DNA from: Bigelowiella natans CCMP2755
Taxonomy: Eukaryota; Protista; Cercozoa
Length of the DNA stretch: 64,000 bases
NCBI GenBank assembly: GCA_000320545.1
Contig: ADNK01003025.1
Location: forward strand, 62,001-126,000
Direction: 5' to 3'
In this document: one piece after another, positions 45,001 to 48,000 of the stretch
How positions within the stretch are numbered: the stretch's first letter is position 1
Layout: each line of letters starts with the position of its first letter
Made by a program: the position numbers and the translations under genes
Notes under the pieces: generated by a model
What the model saw: only the letters and a program-made list of their open reading frames with translations
Told to the model about the DNA's origin: nothing
The model's database searches: none

Positions 45001-48000
45001 GGTACTAAGGAGCTATTCTTCAATAGCGACTTGCACCATCAGAACGCTGGGTTGATCTCATTCTCCCCTCTGTCGAAGATTGTTGTCACAGATCCAAATG
45101 TGGCAAGCATCAGGATGGAAGGAAGTGACTTGCACTTCCATCCAGATATGAGGGCGTTGCATGCAAATATCACTATTTATACTTCTCCTTACCCAGGGTC
45201 AGTAATGAGTTTGGGTACATTGGTGAAGGGTATGCATGTAGATGATGGTGAGCTTGATCGAATCTACACAACCGGTCAACTTACATTCGGACATCCAGGC
45301 ACCGAGAACATTTACATGAGCGGGTTCACTTACAGCGGAAATGCCCACAGTGCTCATTTTGTTGCTAGAGAGAGTATCCAAATGCAAGGCGGAGGCAACT
45401 CTTTCAGCACTCATGTGAATATGCTTGCTTGGAATAACAGCATTACGTCGAACACTTCGCTTGATGTTGATGGAACCTTGACTATGTATGCACAAGTGGA
45501 TATCGAGCTGTTCGAAAATGTGACTTCCGCTGGAATCACTAAGTTTGTCACAAACAAGAACTGTGATTCAAATGGAGTCTTAATTATTGGACCAAACGCT
45601 GTCGTTAGAACCTCGGACAACTACATGGAGATCACTGCAGAGGATATTGTCCTCTCAGGTCTCCTATCAACGGGAGTTGAGAGTCTTAAGATAGACGTAT
45701 GTGACAACACTTCATTCGTACTCGGGGGAGACAATCAGACAAATGAGCACGGAGTGGTATTAGAGAGGCTGGAACTCCAGCGCCTCACCACGAACAATTT
45801 GACCATTGAAATTCCAGATGGTTCAATTGACGTATACCACCTTGAAGCCCACGATACGCATGATGTGTCTGGATGCATCTACTTACACGTCTCTGATGGT
45901 GTCGACTTCACTTCGTTCACACAGGTAAAAGATTTGTCTGTTACCGCCCAGACCTTGGTGAAGATCCAAAAAGATGTCCTCATTACCCACAAAGATTTTG
46001 AGATTTTTGGTGACACGGACATCATCATTTCGAAGAACGTAAGCATAACTTCTCATCACGGATCTATTGTATTTAATACAAGCTCCGCCTCTACGATGGA
46101 AATGTATTCTCCATCTGTATGGAATGCATCCCACACAATCCTCGTTAATCCTCCCGTAACTATCGGTGGTGTTGAGAACTCAAGCTTCTACGCAGATACT
46201 AATGCTGATGGAACCGGAGTTATCATCTTGAGATCCAATGTAACTGTTGTTGATCCTTCTTTGGATCTCATCAGCATTCATGCAGCGGATTTCATTCTGG
46301 AGAGTTATTTAAGTGCCTATCAGGCTGATATCTTCATGGCAACATCTCCATATCCTGGATCGACGATGCTATTCGGTGCATCGACGGCTCATGGATTCCA
46401 TGTGACTGATAGTGAGGCTGATCGTATCTCAACTACTGGAACGCTCACAATTGGTGGTGAAGATACAGATATTATCGTTATCGATGGGTTAACTTTCGAT
46501 GGAGGAGTACTGTATACTCACATATCCGCTATGAAAACTCTGAAAAGTAACATCAGTTTTGTTGGTGGATATAGCTCCCTTGGTCAATCGGCAACCCTGC
46601 AAGCTATGCATGATATTAAGTCAGAGGCTGACTTGAACATCAATGGTGAGCTGGTAGTCCGTGCTGACTCTGACTGCAACGATAAGGGTGACTTCAGAAT
46701 TACAGTGAATGGTTCGGTTGAAACTGTGGACCAACATATTAATATCACTGCGCACGATATGCGTTTGAAGGGAAGACTCAGCTCTGGAACTGCTGATATT
46801 TTCATCATCATGTGCTCTGGAAGATCTGTTGACCTTGGTGGCATGGGTGGAACGCCTGGAGATATGGTCGTTCAAGAGAGCGAACTTGCTCTCTTGTTTG
46901 CGGATGATCTCATTGTAGAGACAGGCGCAGGCTTGGTAACAACCTACGATGTAACACTTGCTGATATGGCTAACGTCACAGGTCGTCTGTTGCTACTGGC
47001 CAACAGCACAGCCTTTGATGGGGTAATTACCTTAAGAAACATTGATATCTACGCCAGAACTGGTATTGCGATGGCTGGAAATATCACAATTATGGAGCCG
47101 CTCCTTTTCGATGCAGACCCTCTTTGCGATGGACATGGTGCGTTCTCCATTGGACCAAATTCCCACATCCGCAGTAGCAATAACCCAATCTACATTAAGG
47201 CCAGCGATATCGATATGGCAGGATTCCTTGATTCAGGCCATGCTCCAACCACAATTAAGAGTTGTTCTGGAGCGGATATCGATATTGGAGGCTCTGGATC
47301 CGGAAGAAATATTAAGATCGGAGCTACCGAAATGAGTTATTTCATCGCATCTGATCTTCACCTTTATGCTCTTGAGAGTAACATCACCCTCCATGAGATG
47401 GAATACAAGCATACCACTTGGGTACGCGATACCATCTATGCAAGCACCACTCATCCGGGCAGTGCTTTCATTGTGGGAAGTGGAGAATTTAAAGAGCTAA
47501 ATGTAACAGCTGCAAACGGGCTCTGGATTCAGGCAAATGTATCTACAAATCGTGGAGATATTATCCTGGAGGGTAACCAGGAAGATACGAATAAAGCAGA
47601 CATCAATATCCTTGCTGACGTCCATCTTACCGCCTGGAACGGGTCTATTTGGATGCAAAGATCGCAAGACGCAAAGATTACCATGGCAGCGCCAGCATTC
47701 TGGAAAGCTGCTGAAAATATTACCGTCTATGCTCCTTTGTTTGTCACCGGGGAATACAACTTCGATATTCATGTTGACAGTGATGTCGATGGTGTAGGTC
47801 TGATCGAGTTTACTGACTCGTCAAACCTAACCTTCACCAGCAACTTAATCACCGAATTCAACATAAATGCAGCTGATGTCGAATTTGCCAGCTGGACTGA
47901 CCTGAATAGGGCCAATCTAAACATCAAGATGTCTAAAGAGACTGAGTCTATGAATTTAGGCATGGATGATGGTGGCGGACTCACGATTACTGATGCAGAA

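Noticed and set aside
47551-47559. RGD tripeptide (another near 62970)
   Set aside because: It falls in an ordinary xGD turn of the repeat and is expected by chance in a Gly/Asp-rich 21,000-aa protein.
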